Position numbers and translations under genes: made by a program. DNA of 64,000 nt from Azolla caroliniana (taxonomy: Eukaryota; Plantae; Polypodiophyta), in the NCBI GenBank assembly GCA_043228905.1, contig JBHGNT010000009.1, positions 19,530,001 through 19,594,000 of the forward strand, read 5' to 3'. Positions 51,401 to 64,000 of the stretch are shown here, one piece after another. A model generated the notes under the pieces. It worked only from the letters and a program-made list of their open reading frames with translations. It did no database searches and was not told the origin of the DNA. Each line of letters starts with the position of its first letter. The stretch's first letter is position 1.

Positions 51401-54400
51401 TAATGGTGAAACTTGAACACATGATATGTAAATCTGAAATTAAAATGCAGCACGATAGCTAGAGTCTGGAAACTGAACTATTCCAAATAATAGAAGAAGG
51501 CAATATCCAAGAATATCATGGGCAATAATTTCAATTGATCTTGAAACAAGACAAAGGTTTTGCAATAAAGCATGGAATCCAGAAAGAACTACATTTATGA
51601 TAAACATGAATAAAATGAATTACCTCACACGATGAAGAAGTCGCATGCCAATTACCTGAGGCACTCGCAAGTTAAAAAAGCATCCACAAATCAGATTTTT
51701 TATTATCGGGCCCCAAACTCAATAAAACTTCAATTTCATACTTACTTCCACCATGAGCAATGCATTTAAACCATCTTCCAAAGCACCAAAAATATTATTG
51801 TCCTGAAATTCATAAACAATTTACTAAAAGAAAAGAGCCCAAAAACATCTTCAAATCTATTATACATTATTTCATTTGTCTACATGACTTATGGAACACA
51901 TCATCATTAATAACACCAGCCTTACTCAACACGACAAATAATGAGCAGCTCTAAGATTAAGAATGTTCTTCCACTGCAAACATACCTGTCCATGTATTTC
52001 AGCAAGAACAAGCAGAGGAAAATCAGTTTCCTCATCATATATTTGAACTTTTGACAACATGCTTGGAGAACCGTCAACTTCGACAGACTCATTTATCTTT
52101 GGAGTTTCTAAAATCCCTTCCGGTGCATCCCCCAGAAGAACAGGGTTTACATTCTTTGAAGGACCAAGAGCAGAGCTTTGCGATTTCCAAATGCCACGAT
52201 AAAATCGGAAAGATGCAATTGCAAATTGGCATGCATTCCAAATCTGACTGAAAGGGCTGTAGTTTTTCCATGGTTAGAGATCATTTGAATTTTCCAGTCT
52301 TTGAGGAATCATGCTTAGTAATATTCCTACCATAAACTATTTGGAACGTACCTTCTTAATACAGCAAAAAGGGCCTGACGGAAATGATTTGCCCACAATA
52401 CTGTAAGTGGACCCTTCCAATAAATTACATGTGGTACACCCTAGTAGAAGTAAATAAAATATTTGTGTTATGCAGCAGACATTGGCAAATGAATCAAACT
52501 GAAAGTAATGCATGTGCAAGTACCTTGCTGTGTAAAGCATCACCAAATTTGCCTGCAGCATTGACCTCTAGACACACCTATAGCATAAAAGAATAGATCA
52601 ACTGAGCTAGGGCTTCAGTAAACAATGCATGTCAAGGTTAAGGAGAGACATGGAGCCAATTTGATATTAACTTCCACGTAGATTCAACAGCCTGATATGA
52701 AACAAATTTGGTTGCGATGCACAATTTAAAGATGCCAATGTCCAAGGAAGTAATGTACACGATGCATAATTCTAAGAGCAAACCCTAAAATATGCTTGCA
52801 AAACAAAGCATCCACAATTAAGGCCCATCATTTGCGCTAATCTTTCTTTCAGAAGTTATACTACAAAAACTCTAGGATCAATGAAAATTGCATTTGCAAA
52901 ACACAATGTGCAATCTTTCCCCGAACTATTTTAGTATAATAATTGTAAGACTGATGCAAAATATGTTTGTAAAACAAAATGTATACCCTCAGTCAAACAG
53001 TTATGGTTTGCAAATTACACTTACATAAAATGTTGTACATCCTTTAAAGCCCAATCTTTCTCTAGACAGTTTTGCTATAATATCCAACAATTGGTGCAAA
53101 TATGCTTGCAAAATAAAATATACAATAATCCTAAATTAATATGAAACATGATTGCAAAGCAAATGTACGTATGTTTGCGAAATAAATGCTTTCTTACTTG
53201 CTACAATCCTAAGATTGTTGCAGCATATGTTTGGAAAATAAAATGTCTTGCTAATATAACCGAAGCTCAATGCAAAGATATGTTTGCAAAACATACACAA
53301 AACCTTTAATGCCCAGCAGTTGTGACACTCTTTCTCCAAACAGTATTACTACATTAACCCTATTATTAATGCAGTATTCCTTTGCAAAATAAAAATGTAC
53401 AAGCACTAAAGCCCACCAAATATTATCTTTTTTAGAACAGTTCTACGACAATAATTCTAAGACTGATGTGATAATTCATTTGCAATATAAAAAAGCTACC
53501 AGTTGTGGTCATCTTTCTCTAGGCTAAAACTATCCTCATATCAACGCAAAACAGAATCCAGAACAATTGACCATACCAGTAGTTGAAAATCTTTCTCTAA
53601 ACTACAATATTCCTAACATCAGTGTGAAAATTAATTTGTGAGACAAAGTGTACAGCTGTTAAAGCCAATCAATTGTGATAATCTTTTCCCAAAATACAAT
53701 AATCCTAAGATAAATGTCAAAATACACTTGCACAACAAACAACAATAATAAATATCTGCAAGTCATCTTAACCTTTCCCTAAAGTATATTTACCCTAAGA
53801 TCAAAGAAAAACTCGTGGTACCTTACTAGTTAGGCCTATTAATGGTGACAAACCATTCTTCAAACTACAATAATCCTAAGTTTGAAACGAAATGTAGAAA
53901 TGTTGAGCCTACCAATTGTGGTAATCTTTCTCCAAACAGTTGTACTACATCTTCAGAGGTGGATATGTGGCCATCTGCAAGATCAAAGGGGCCGATGTCT
54001 TCGGTACCAGAAAGGCAGTCAGCCAGAAAATAGACTATGTCTGGTTCTAATGCTTCAAATGTCTGTTTGAATTCAGCCTTGTTAGGATTCTCCAGAACAT
54101 GAACCTACAGCAGGCATTAGAGAAATACAGTTAAAAACCAAAAACTGGATTTTACCTCATTTCTTCATGAAAGTAAAAAAGAATGTATCTTGTATAATGT
54201 GAACCTCGAGAAAGCCATCTGTTACTAGATCGGTAGAAGCCCTAAGAGTGAGATGGCTTTCTTCACTGGTCTGAGCAACTTCTCCTTCAACTGTCTCTGC
54301 ATTTTTGTTCAAGTTAATGGATTTTTCATGGACTGACGATGGTGAAGATTTGAATGCTTTAGAGGCAGAAACTTCTATTCCACCACTCTCCTGTATTTTC

Positions 54401-54477
54401 TTCTTCCCACAGTAAACCGCTAGCAGAGAATAGCCATATTTTCCAGCCTTAAGCGAACCTTGTGATCGCATCATCAT
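45408..54477 (-). CDS. ARID4: ARID/BRIGHT + PHD-finger protein (ARID4-like), ~824 aa. Exons 54477-54205, 54104-53913, 52577-52524, 52440-52352, 52256-51986, 51802-51746, 51655-51624, 48763-48628, 48493-48326, 48255-47635, 47512-47375, 47290-47192, 46417-46317, 46228-46138, 45560-45408
   Basis: GT-AG introns, phases sum in frame (2475 nt). Motifs GVPHVIYW, RGVVTMRCD, LNPVPMKKHGC, FPDAVLNGKRLDLYNLYKEVVSRGGF (ARID), WVNCGICGEWAHYGCDKR..YICPKC (PHD) match plant ARID4. Confidence 0.93.
49375..49720. repeat. ~75-85-bp tandem duplications within an ARID4 intron
   Basis: aaaacgaaatgtaaaatggttgctgaattgaaactgtttccatct..gttgatcaacaagac repeated at 49559 and 49635, with a diverged copy at ~49400. Confidence 0.75.
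52760..53950. repeat. Degenerate ~70-100-bp tandem array filling ARID4 intron 2
   Basis: Recurring taatcctaaga..tttgcaaaa..aaagcc..atctttctc. Confidence 0.7.
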
Positions 54478-55440
54478 TGTGTGATAACAGTAGCCTGATT
54501 ACCTGCATACCCTCGTGAAGGATTCCTTCACCATAGCTATGGGTTGGAGAAGCCGAGCTCTTAGAAATCGAAGAAGAAATGTGGCGATGAGGCAATCTAG
54601 CCACACAAAATCAAAGAGCACAAACCTGTTTGAGGAAAAATTGCTGTAATCTACAGCCTTTCACCATGGTTATTGCTTTGAGAAGCTCTGGGCTCTCAAA
54701 CCTCAACGAAAGGTGGCGATGAAGAAATCAATGTGAGGGAAGCTTAACTGTAAAACGAAGCTCAAAACAGCAGTCTTTTACGTTCATGGCTATGTCTTTG
54801 AGAAGCTGAGTTCTCAGAAGTGATAGAGGCGGGCAAGATATGAGAAATCGAAGAAGATGAAGCATATTGAATGAAACTAAAACTGTCAACTGAGGCTATA
54901 CAGGGTGGGAATGGAACATTCGACGGAAAAATAAGGGAATGAGGGAGGAGAGAAGACTTAACTGGATTTTGAAGATTTTCAAGAGGGAGCGAGGATCTAA
55001 CAGCCGAATGAAGATTTCAAGAGAGAAAAGGGACTGTCTAGCTAAAAATATGAAGATTTCAGCGTCAGGAAGGGAAGATTTAACAGCAAAATGACGATTC
55101 ACTGGTAACCGCAAAAATGGTGACGTTAAAGGGAGGGAAGGGAGATTAAAGAGCAAGATCAATATGTCTACGAGAAATGTAAATATTTACCTGAAAAACA
55201 GAGTTATAAAGCGTGAGCAGGTTTAATGTTTGAGCTCCGGAAATTCCAGATCTCTGCACAGAAAGCTAGAGGTCTGCAGTAAGAGGGGGAGAATCCGAAG
55301 AAACAGTGTAGGAAAGAAGACTGATAAGGGGGGGGAGGATTAGCGATGGCAAGGAGACGATGGAGGAGAGAAGTACGAAGAAGCAGAGAAGATGTAGCGA
55401 TGGCGAAGCTTTCTTCGTCGTCTTCCTTCCTTCCTTCCTT
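54478..55440 (-). promoter_or_regulatory. Probable ARID4 5' UTR with an intron (~54502-55190) and a CT-rich leader
   Basis: Minus strand CAG|GTAAAT at ~55190 and TGCAG| at 54502; pyrimidine-rich leader. Confidence 0.5.
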
Positions 55441-57260
55441 CTGCAGGGTAGAATTTTAATTAGTTTTATTAATTAATTGCTAATCTTAATTACGAGCTAA
55501 TGACTTGATTATTAATTCTAGTTCCATCTCTAATTATTCCTGATCTTAATCTTATTACCTGGTAATCGTTTGCTTAGCTGCTCACTCTAATTCTAATTCT
55601 AATTCTAATTCTAGTCCTACTTAAATTGTTCATTTCCACGACTCAATTCATATTAGTTGCCAAGTTTTCTGCTACGGCCTAACTAGTTGTTTTGCATAGC
55701 CACCGGATTCTAGTTCTTACAGATAACTAATTACTAGGTATTTTAAATTCTAATTATATTCCTGATTAATTGCTCATTTCGATTAATCCATTCATATTAG
55801 TTCCCAAGTGTTTTTGACCTGATTACTCATTCACGTAGCTACCAAATTCTAGTTCTTCGTCATTACTAATTACTAGTTATGACTTGCTTCGACCTAATTA
55901 AGCAATTTTGCCTAACTACTTGTTTCTAATACTAATCAGTTACAAATGACAAAATGATTGATTATTAGTTCTTGAACAGTTAATCCCACAACAAATTGAG
56001 TTGATTCCGTCCAGCCATCCACACAGTATACATCACGCTAGATCGAATAGCACGCAACACTCATCATCACCATTCTTCTTCTTCTTCTTCTTCTAGGAGT
56101 AATAAGAGGCTAGTGTGCACTGTGATCAGTTTGGAAGCTTGCCCACATTTGGCTCGACAAAAATGAACCGAACTTGAGTCTTGCATTCTTTAGTTGCGCA
56201 GCTAGGTTCCCTTTCCGTGCACAAGCAGCAAATTGTGATTTGGTCATGGAATACGTTACGAAGTTAAATGCATGAGTGGAGGAAGTGTGTCCTCCATGTG
56301 ACCACTCAACACAAGCGGATATTCATTGATATGGTGTTTTGACTTGTACCCTGTGATTATCCAATATTGCCTTCATGCCCCAATTTTACTTCAAATTTTT
56401 TGACCACATTGCCAAAGTGTTGACATGTTTCTTCAGTAGCTTTGGTTCTCCAGGGTTTGAAAAATGTAAGAAGACGTTGTTAGTGATTATGTACTCTTCA
56501 ACCAACCCACTATGAATCAATTCATGTTGTCTATGCATGTGATCAATATACTATTTCTATAGTTCAATGGCGTTTTGTTGGCAAACTTCCAAATTCTCAT
56601 TTAGCCCTTCTGAGCAGCGTTGCACTGACCTAACATCTCGGTCACATTTTGTCGTTAAATATTCTCATCAGTAGTTGGGCTATACAACTTCCCATTTGTT
56701 GTTTATATAAATTATCACATGAACTAGTGGCTTTGTTAAGGACAAGAATGTTGCATGGTGGGAGCATTTGGGTTGACCATAGTACCTATAAGATGCTTTA
56801 TGGACCAGAAAATGCCTTGAACGTGTAGTTGTTGGATAACATAATTTGATTTTGATCATTGTAACTAGCTAGCTTTTTAATGAATACAATCTAGTCATGG
56901 GTAGGATTTATTTTTATTTTGAAACTTGTGGCTATGGTTTACAATGGTTATGCATTTATTTTGAAACATGTGGATTCGTTGGATGCATTTTTCGTGTGTG
57001 GGAATTCGGAAGCAAGGAAGAAGGAATTGGGAAAAGCAATGTACAAGCAAAACACTCGTCATTGCATGTGAAATGGCATTGGCCTCATAAAGTGTTGAAT
57101 GAAACGCTTGTCATTGTTAAGAGAATGACATTTCACATGCAATGTCAAAGCAAATTCTCCCATGTGTTTTTTGGATGTTTCTAGAAAAAAAAAGGAAGGA
57201 TGGGAACACAACCTCGAAGTAAAGTATTAATGAGAGGAAAGATCTATGTAGTTGCGATTG

Positions 57261-57688
57261 AATACTTTAACCTACCCAAAAAAAGATCTATGTAGTGATA
57301 GACTATCACTGGTCTTGATGGGTTTGGTCTATGGTATTCTAGTAGTAAGCCGTGTTTGATCAACTGGTTGAGTGTTCAAAACTCACGATAAAAGAGGTAT
57401 GGTTAAAATATCTCAATATAGAATGTAGGTGGTTGAATTTGGCTGGATAACCTTACCAACCAAGCTATATCTATGTATGTAATACATTAACCTACACAAC
57501 GAAAAATCCATGTAGTGATAAGACTATCAATGGTCTATGGAATTCTAGTAGTAAGCCATGTTTGATCAACTTTGTTGGGTGTTCAAAACTCACAATAAAA
57601 GAGTGTGATTAAAATGTCTCAATATAGAATATAGGTGGTTGAATTCGGCAGGATAACCTTGCCAACCGAGCTATATCTATGTATGTAT
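57261..57688. repeat. ~215-bp tandem duplication
   Basis: 57261-57480 and 57481-57688 are collinear. Confidence 0.8.
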
Positions 57689-58016
57689 CGCTCAAACTCA
57701 TTGCCAAAGGTATAGATAGTTTTGCACACAACAATCCTTTTATGTATCAAATTAGTAACTTAGTATTAGAGCTATGATATAACGTAAGCATATGATAAGG
57801 ATAAAAGAATGATAGATAGATAGAAAGGAGAGAGAGAAAGAAGGGGAAGGGTGTCGATCCACCCGACCACCCCCGAGTGAAGGGATCGAGACGGACTTGA
57901 GCCTCGATCGGTGTCCCATACCACCGTCGTGGCGTCGAGTTGTACTTGGTGCTGGCACGCTCGCTACAAGAGTTGAACCACCACGAAACAGAGTCTTGAC
58001 GTAGTCAAAAGATGAT

Positions 58017-60328
58017 GAAATACATGACAAGGAATTATTAGCCATCGTGGATTCATTTGTGCAATGGTGGCATTTCTTAGAGGGCTCTCCACATCAGGTC
58101 ATTGTCTTTAGCGATCATAAAAATCTTGCTTATTTTCAGAACGCTCGCGTACTAAATCGACGGCAAGCTCGGTGGGCGCAATTCCTCATGCGTTTCGATT
58201 TCAAAATCACATATCGACCGGGGAAGCAGCAAGGAAAAGTAGATGCACTATCACGGCGTTCATATCTTGCACCTCGTCCTGGTGATCCAACATTTGATAA
58301 TCAAAAGCAAGTAATCTTGGGACCAACACGATTGCACACGACGCGGATTTTTCACACCCCAATGGATTCACGGATTACCGATGACATACGTGCAACCTTG
58401 AAAACGGATAGTTTTGCTCAAGACATCCTGGTGCACATTGATACTTCTGGGGCATCCTGTTCTCAGTCTCAACAACCAGGTATTGACTACTGACAATTCG
58501 AATATCATGATGGTTTGTTATTCTTTAAAAAGCGCGTATATGTCCCTGATTGCTCCTATCGCCTTCAAATCGTCCAGCATTTCACGACACCCATACGGCG
58601 GGACATTTCGATAATACTAAGACGTTGGAGCTAGTGCAATGATCTTTTTGGTGGCCCCACATGCGCCGTTTTGTCGACGACTACATTCGGACCTGTGATG
58701 CTTGCTGCCGAGCAAAGATGCCACGACACCATCCATATGGCTTGTTGGAACCCTTACCGATTCCAAGTAAGCCGTGGCAGTCTATTTGTCTTGATTTTAT
58801 CACAGATCTTCCGGTCTCGAAGGGGTTCGATGCTATCCTAACCGTCGTCGATCGATATACGAAGATGGCACATTTTGTGCCGTGTACTAAAGCCATCACT
58901 AGCGAGGAAACCGCCACCCTTGTTATGCGTGAGGTATTTCGGCATCATGGCCTCCCAAACAGTATCATCAATGACCGAGGACCGCAATTTGTCTCCAAAT
59001 TTTGGCAGCATCTCTTCAAGATGCTCAAGGTCTCCTGCAACCTCTCCTCCGGCTACCATCCTCAGACTGACGGGTAGGCGGAACGAACAAACCAAATGCT
59101 GGAGCAATATCTCCGATGTTTCCTGAGTTATCAATAGGACGATTGGGCCGAGATTCTCCACTTTGCAGAGTTTGCGTATAATAATGCTATTCACTCCTCG
59201 ACTCGGGTCTCCTCATTTTTCGCTTATACCGGTTTCCATCCTCGCTGGTCGGTGATCGACACCCCGGAGCTACCTACCAACCCTCGTGCCGAGGATCATT
59301 TGGAGAGGCTACGCAAGATCCAGATGGATCTCTCAAATCACCTTCGTCATGCTCAACACACAGAGAAGACTTATGCGGATCATCATCGGATTCCCTCCTC
59401 TTTTGCCATTGGAGATCGAGTATGGCTCTTACGTCGTCACATCAAGACTACTCGACCGTGCGACAAGTTGGATTATCAACGACTCGGTCCCTTCCGTATT
59501 ACGGGTAAGATTAATGATGTCAGATTCCGCCTTGATCTCCCTCCGCAGCTTCAGATACATCCGGTTTTCCATTGTTCTCTTCTTGAACCTTATAAAGCAA
59601 ACACCATTCCCAATCGTGTGACACCACCGCCACCTCCGCTGGAGTTGGACGCCGGCCCGGAGTATGAAGTTGCTGCAATCCTCGATTCCAAACTTGTTCG
59701 CAACAACCTTTATTACTTGGTCGATTGGCTCGGTTATAGTCCGAGCGAACGTACTTGGGAACCCGTCGAGCATGTTGCCAATGCACAGGATCTTCTTGTT
59801 GATTTCCACCGAAAGTATCCGGACAAACCTGGTCCTCAATCAGCGCTGACTCGTTCCACTCGTCATCTTTAAGAGGGAGATAGTGTCATGATATGGCAAG
59901 ACTCGAACCCATGACCTTATGCTACATGGGTCGAGCTTTTACCATTAGACTATGAATTGTAATTTGTAAAATGTTATTTTCATTTATGCTTTATCATAGA
60001 AAATTGATGTATATTCCAGATCTCTCTGGAACATTCTAGAAGCTTCAAGCTTATTCCTAAAAACACTATAAAAGGAGGCACAAGGCATTGTTTTGAACCA
60101 AATTGGTTCAACACCAGTCTTAAGCCTCTTAACCGCTTTGTACTTATCTTTCACATAATATATTAGCTGCTGTCATCATCTCTCTCTCTCTCTTTCATGC
60201 TCGCTATCTCTCTCTCTCCTCTTCTCACTTCCTCTCTCGGGAGTCTTACGCAGTCTCGTCCCCTTAGTACTAATAGTACTACTCTTCTTTAGTACTAATT
60301 CCATCTCTTTTTAGTACTATTCCTGACA
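58017..60328 (+). mobile_element. 5'-truncated second copy of the chromovirus (RH-INT-chromodomain, PPT, 3' LTR 59884-60328)
   Basis: Closely similar to 26985-29293; several in-frame stops. Confidence 0.92.
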
Positions 60329-61060
60329 GAACATTTACAATATCATATGGAAAAATCAAAGTCCTGGATGAAATCAGCCCATCGTGCCTTACGACCTTTC
60401 AGGTCTCGTTGGTCACAAAAATATTTCAAGGACTCGTGGTCCGTAGTTACCACAAAGCGATTTCCATAAACATAATGGCGCCATGTTTTGAGCGCATGTA
60501 TAACTGCAAATAATTCCTTTTCTTGAACGATATACTGACATTGAGCAGAATCAAGTTTCTTACTCTCGAATGCTATTGGTTTACCATCTTGATATAAGAC
60601 AACACCTATAGCATAATCGCTTGCATCGGTTTCAAACTCAAAAGGTTTTGAAGGATCAGGTAAAAGAAGTGAAGGAGCCTTGCACACCAGGTCCTTGAGT
60701 TCCTTAAAGGCGAGGTCTAGTGTAGCATTCCAGACAATAGGTTTTGTAGACTTATGCGTTTGACCTTTTAGAAGATCAGTAAACGGCGTCGTCAATTGGG
60801 AGTAATTACGAAGGGATTTTCGCAAAAACCCGACAAAACCAAGGAATGATCGAACTTCTCGAATATTCTGAAGAGTGGGCCAAAGCTTGATTTTCTCAAT
60901 GCAAGAAGGATCAATTTCAACTCCTTGTTCGGTTATGAGATGTCCAAGATAAGTAATTGATTTCTTGAAGAACTCACATTTTGAGATCTTCGCATAAAAT
61001 TGTTTGTCACGCAATGTTTGTAAAACAAAGCGAACATGTTTAGCATGTTCTTGTAATGTA
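60329..61060 (-). pseudogene. Gypsy RT/RNase H fragment of a different family
   Basis: SKCEF..YLGH, EVRSFLG, ETDASDYAIG, EKELFAV, TDHESL. Confidence 0.88.
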
Positions 61061-61329
61061 TGTTACCCCGTACGAGATGTACGGAGAGTCAAGTGTGATG
61101 AGCGAGGGTCGAATGTTATCATGATGTTGTGCGTGTGTAGGGGGCATAAATGTAATTGTGAGTCGATACGTATGTGAACACATGCACACGTGTGTGCATG
61201 TGGATGGATATGAGGAGGTGTGAGTGAGTGTCCAGTATGAATGCTCTAGGGGGCTTACATCCCTTTGTATCTACCCCCTCTTGTACTATTTAACCCCTTA
61301 TGGGGAATGAATGAAATATGAAATAATCA

Positions 61330-61386
<57 letters not shown>

Positions 61387-64000
61387 TCATCTCTCTTTGT
61401 CATCTCTCTTCCTCTCTCTCCCCTTAACGTTGAACCCCCTTGGGAGGGGGGTGTAGCCATTCTAGGCACCACCCCCCACCCCACAATGCTTCTCAATGCT
61501 TGTCTTGTTCTTCATGTTCTCTCTCACCATCATACCATTCATCATCTCCACTATTACACCATGTCTATCTTCGTCATCGATAATCATCATTACCATTAAC
61601 CCTAACTGTAAAACCTACAACACCTTTTGGCGACCACTAAGGCGACCCCCCTTTGGAGACGGAGTCGAAGAATGATACGCGGATGTGCAAGCCATAGCGA
61701 CTAAGTGCAAGAAATGGCGAAACGTAAAAATGACAGTGAAGATGTTGGAGGAAGTCTATGGAGGAATGCAGAAATGGAAACAACGTTTTGTGCAAGTCAA
61801 TGTGTCAATGTGCGTGGTTCCGAATGCGGTTAGCGACAATGTGTGTGTTTCGAATGCGTGGTGCAAGATGCACGGCTGGACAAACAGCGACGCAGAGGGA
61901 ACCGACGCCAGCACGACCGGAAAGAGAAGCCCACCCGGAGACTGCAGTGGAAGACGCAGTATGTGGAGCGGAGGCCGGCAAAATGTGTTGAGAATGCACG
62001 AGAGATGGTTCCAAACGAAGCAACACAGAGAGAGTCGGAACTGGAATCGGAACTAGACCCAAAGTTGGTTAACATAGAGGGGCCAACGTAGACAGAGAAG
62101 GAGACGCTGTCATTGACGAGACATTGACGGCCAGAAAAACTGACAACGCCCAAAAGACATGGAGGACTGACTATACAATATCAAAACAAAACGAGGCAAC
62201 CGGACAAGCTAGACTGCACAAGCACAGACAGAGACGAATGGATGGGCGAAAAGGAAGCATACAGACTCAAGCGACACAACCGAAAATAGGTAGGAAAGAA
62301 CCAGACAGATGACCGAGAAGACGGACCAGACGCACAGCCAAAAGACAACGGACAGACATCCGGATGGGCGGCCGGACAGGAGCCGGAGAGCCTGAATGGC
62401 CGGACAACAACGGCCACAACGGCAGTCTAACGTCATCCGTACGAAGACCGAATGAAGACTGATGGAAACCAATAGAGTCAGCGACATAGGATGACTGGAT
62501 AGAGACTGGCAAGGACGGGCAGAGATGGACGAATGACGGCCGGCAATAGCGATATTGGAATGGTCCAAACAAATGAACAGAATGACAGGAACCGACAGGA
62601 CAGCGACAGCTACGGCCGGAATATGATGACGACGCCGAATGGTGGCAAAATGTTCATTGAGAACGACGACGGCAAAAAAGCTACGGACAACGGTGAAAGA
62701 CAAGCCGGTGTGGCCGGATAGGAGCGGAAGAGCGGTCGACTGTATCCTACCCAGGGGGGTGACACCGATAGATATGGAAGAGAGGCCGGAAAAAGTCGGC
62801 TGAAGTGCGACCGAAGAGCAGTCGGAGTGGCCGAATGGCGCTGAAACGAAGGTGCCGGACCGGACGACGCTGAACAACGACAAACATGGAGATGGCCAGA
62901 CATCGGACGGACTAATGGCGGAAGCGTAATCGGTGCAACGTCTGGATAGGCGGCCGAAGACGGAGCCAAAGACAGAGATAAAGATGGCGACGACGCAAGA
63001 CACCGACGACCGGATGACGGTTGAAACGGTGACAAAGATGGACGACCGACAGAGGCAACGGACAACGATGATGATTGCCGGACGAGGCCAAGCGATGGAA
63101 ACGACGACGACAACGGAAACAGAGATGGCAACGATGATGGAGGCATCGACAGCCGACTAGCAGTAGGTCGACAACCGACGAAAGAGACGGTCGATGGGAG
63201 GAGAAAAAAAAAAAAGCAGCAAACGATGCCGGAAACAACGATGGCAGTAGAAGAAGAAAGAAGAAGAACAGAAATGAACAAGAAGAAGAAAAACGCAGAC
63301 CAAAGCAACACGAAAGAAGGAAACAGAGAGGAGGAGCAAAGCAAGATTCGGGCACTAGAGATAGAGGCATGGACAAAGAGAGAATCAAGCGGGAGAATCA
63401 GAGGGAGAGAAGAAGCAAAAGGAGACACAGACAGACAGGAGGAAGAGAAGAGAGAAGAAGACAAATACAGAAGGGAAGGTAAAAATGACCTAAAAGCAAA
63501 AGAGAGGGAAAAAGATAAAATAGGGGTACGAGACAAATTTTGAAACCCTGAGGGTATCGAGTAAAATTTCAAAAACTAGAGCGTACATAATTAAAATTTT
63601 AAAAATCAAAGGGCACCTACGAAATTTCGAAAACTCATCAACCTAAAAGAAATGGATGTGATCGACACACAACTCACAAAATCAACAAAAGGAAGATACA
63701 CATACACACAACGTTTTTGGACCCATGATATCAATGTTTGTGAACCGACAGAACGAGAATGTTCCTGTCGATGAAGTCGCTGACCGAAGGAGATATTCGA
63801 GTCAAGAGCTCCGATCGAGGGAGTCGATCGTTGAGAAGACCGATGGAAGTTCCGATCGAAGAAATATCATCATCAAGGCATGTGGGATCGGCGTGCAAGG
63901 CACTTTCCCACGGGCGTGCCATATTGTGTTACCCCGTACGAGATGTACGGAGAGTCAAGTGTGATGAGCGAGGGTCGAATGTTATCATGATGTTGTGTGT
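61061..64000 (+). mobile_element. Non-autonomous (LARD/TRIM-like) LTR element: LTR 61061-61622, 2.3-kb non-coding interior, second LTR from 63927
   Basis: Direct LTR copies starting TGTTACCCCGTACGAG; tRNA-Arg-like sites at both internal ends; no recognisable protein domains inside. Orientation inferred from TATTTAA followed by (CT)n. Confidence 0.8.

Noticed and set aside
55445-56000. AT-rich ctaatt/ctagtt degenerate repeats upstream of ARID4
   Set aside because: Could not define a unit or termini; likely ordinary promoter-proximal low-complexity DNA or an old TE.
62209-63572. Long hydrophobic/Ser-rich minus-strand ORFs (264 and 320 aa) as env-like genes
   Set aside because: Low-complexity translation of a GA-skewed non-coding interior, with no recognisable motifs. 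Not fully excluded without a family alignment.

Overview
Plant nuclear DNA, probably from a large-genome non-seed vascular plant such as a fern or lycophyte (inferred from Tcn1-like chromoviruses and long-intron genes). 1-36.5 kb and 57.7-64 kb are stacks of nested LTR retrotransposons: an intact Tnt1/Tork-like Copia, an intact compact Tat-type Gypsy with an extra RNase H, decayed Copia and chromovirus copies, solo LTRs with TSDs and LINE fragments. Between them are two convergent host genes: a 5-exon, probably plastid-targeted membrane protein (+, 36599-40641) and a 15-exon ARID4-like ARID/PHD gene (-, 45408-54477). The most unusual signals are: (i) a non-coding LTR element with inward-facing tRNA-Arg-like primer sites at BOTH internal ends and no clear polypurine tract (61061-64000); (ii) a chromovirus with a self-priming PBS, a -1 frameshift/pseudoknot cassette and an antisense tRNA-like Pol III promoter in its LTR; (iii) a ~400-bp head-to-head R-U5 palindrome; (iv) CCGG-based tandem arrays in Copia LTRs. 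All calls were made by eye with no database search.
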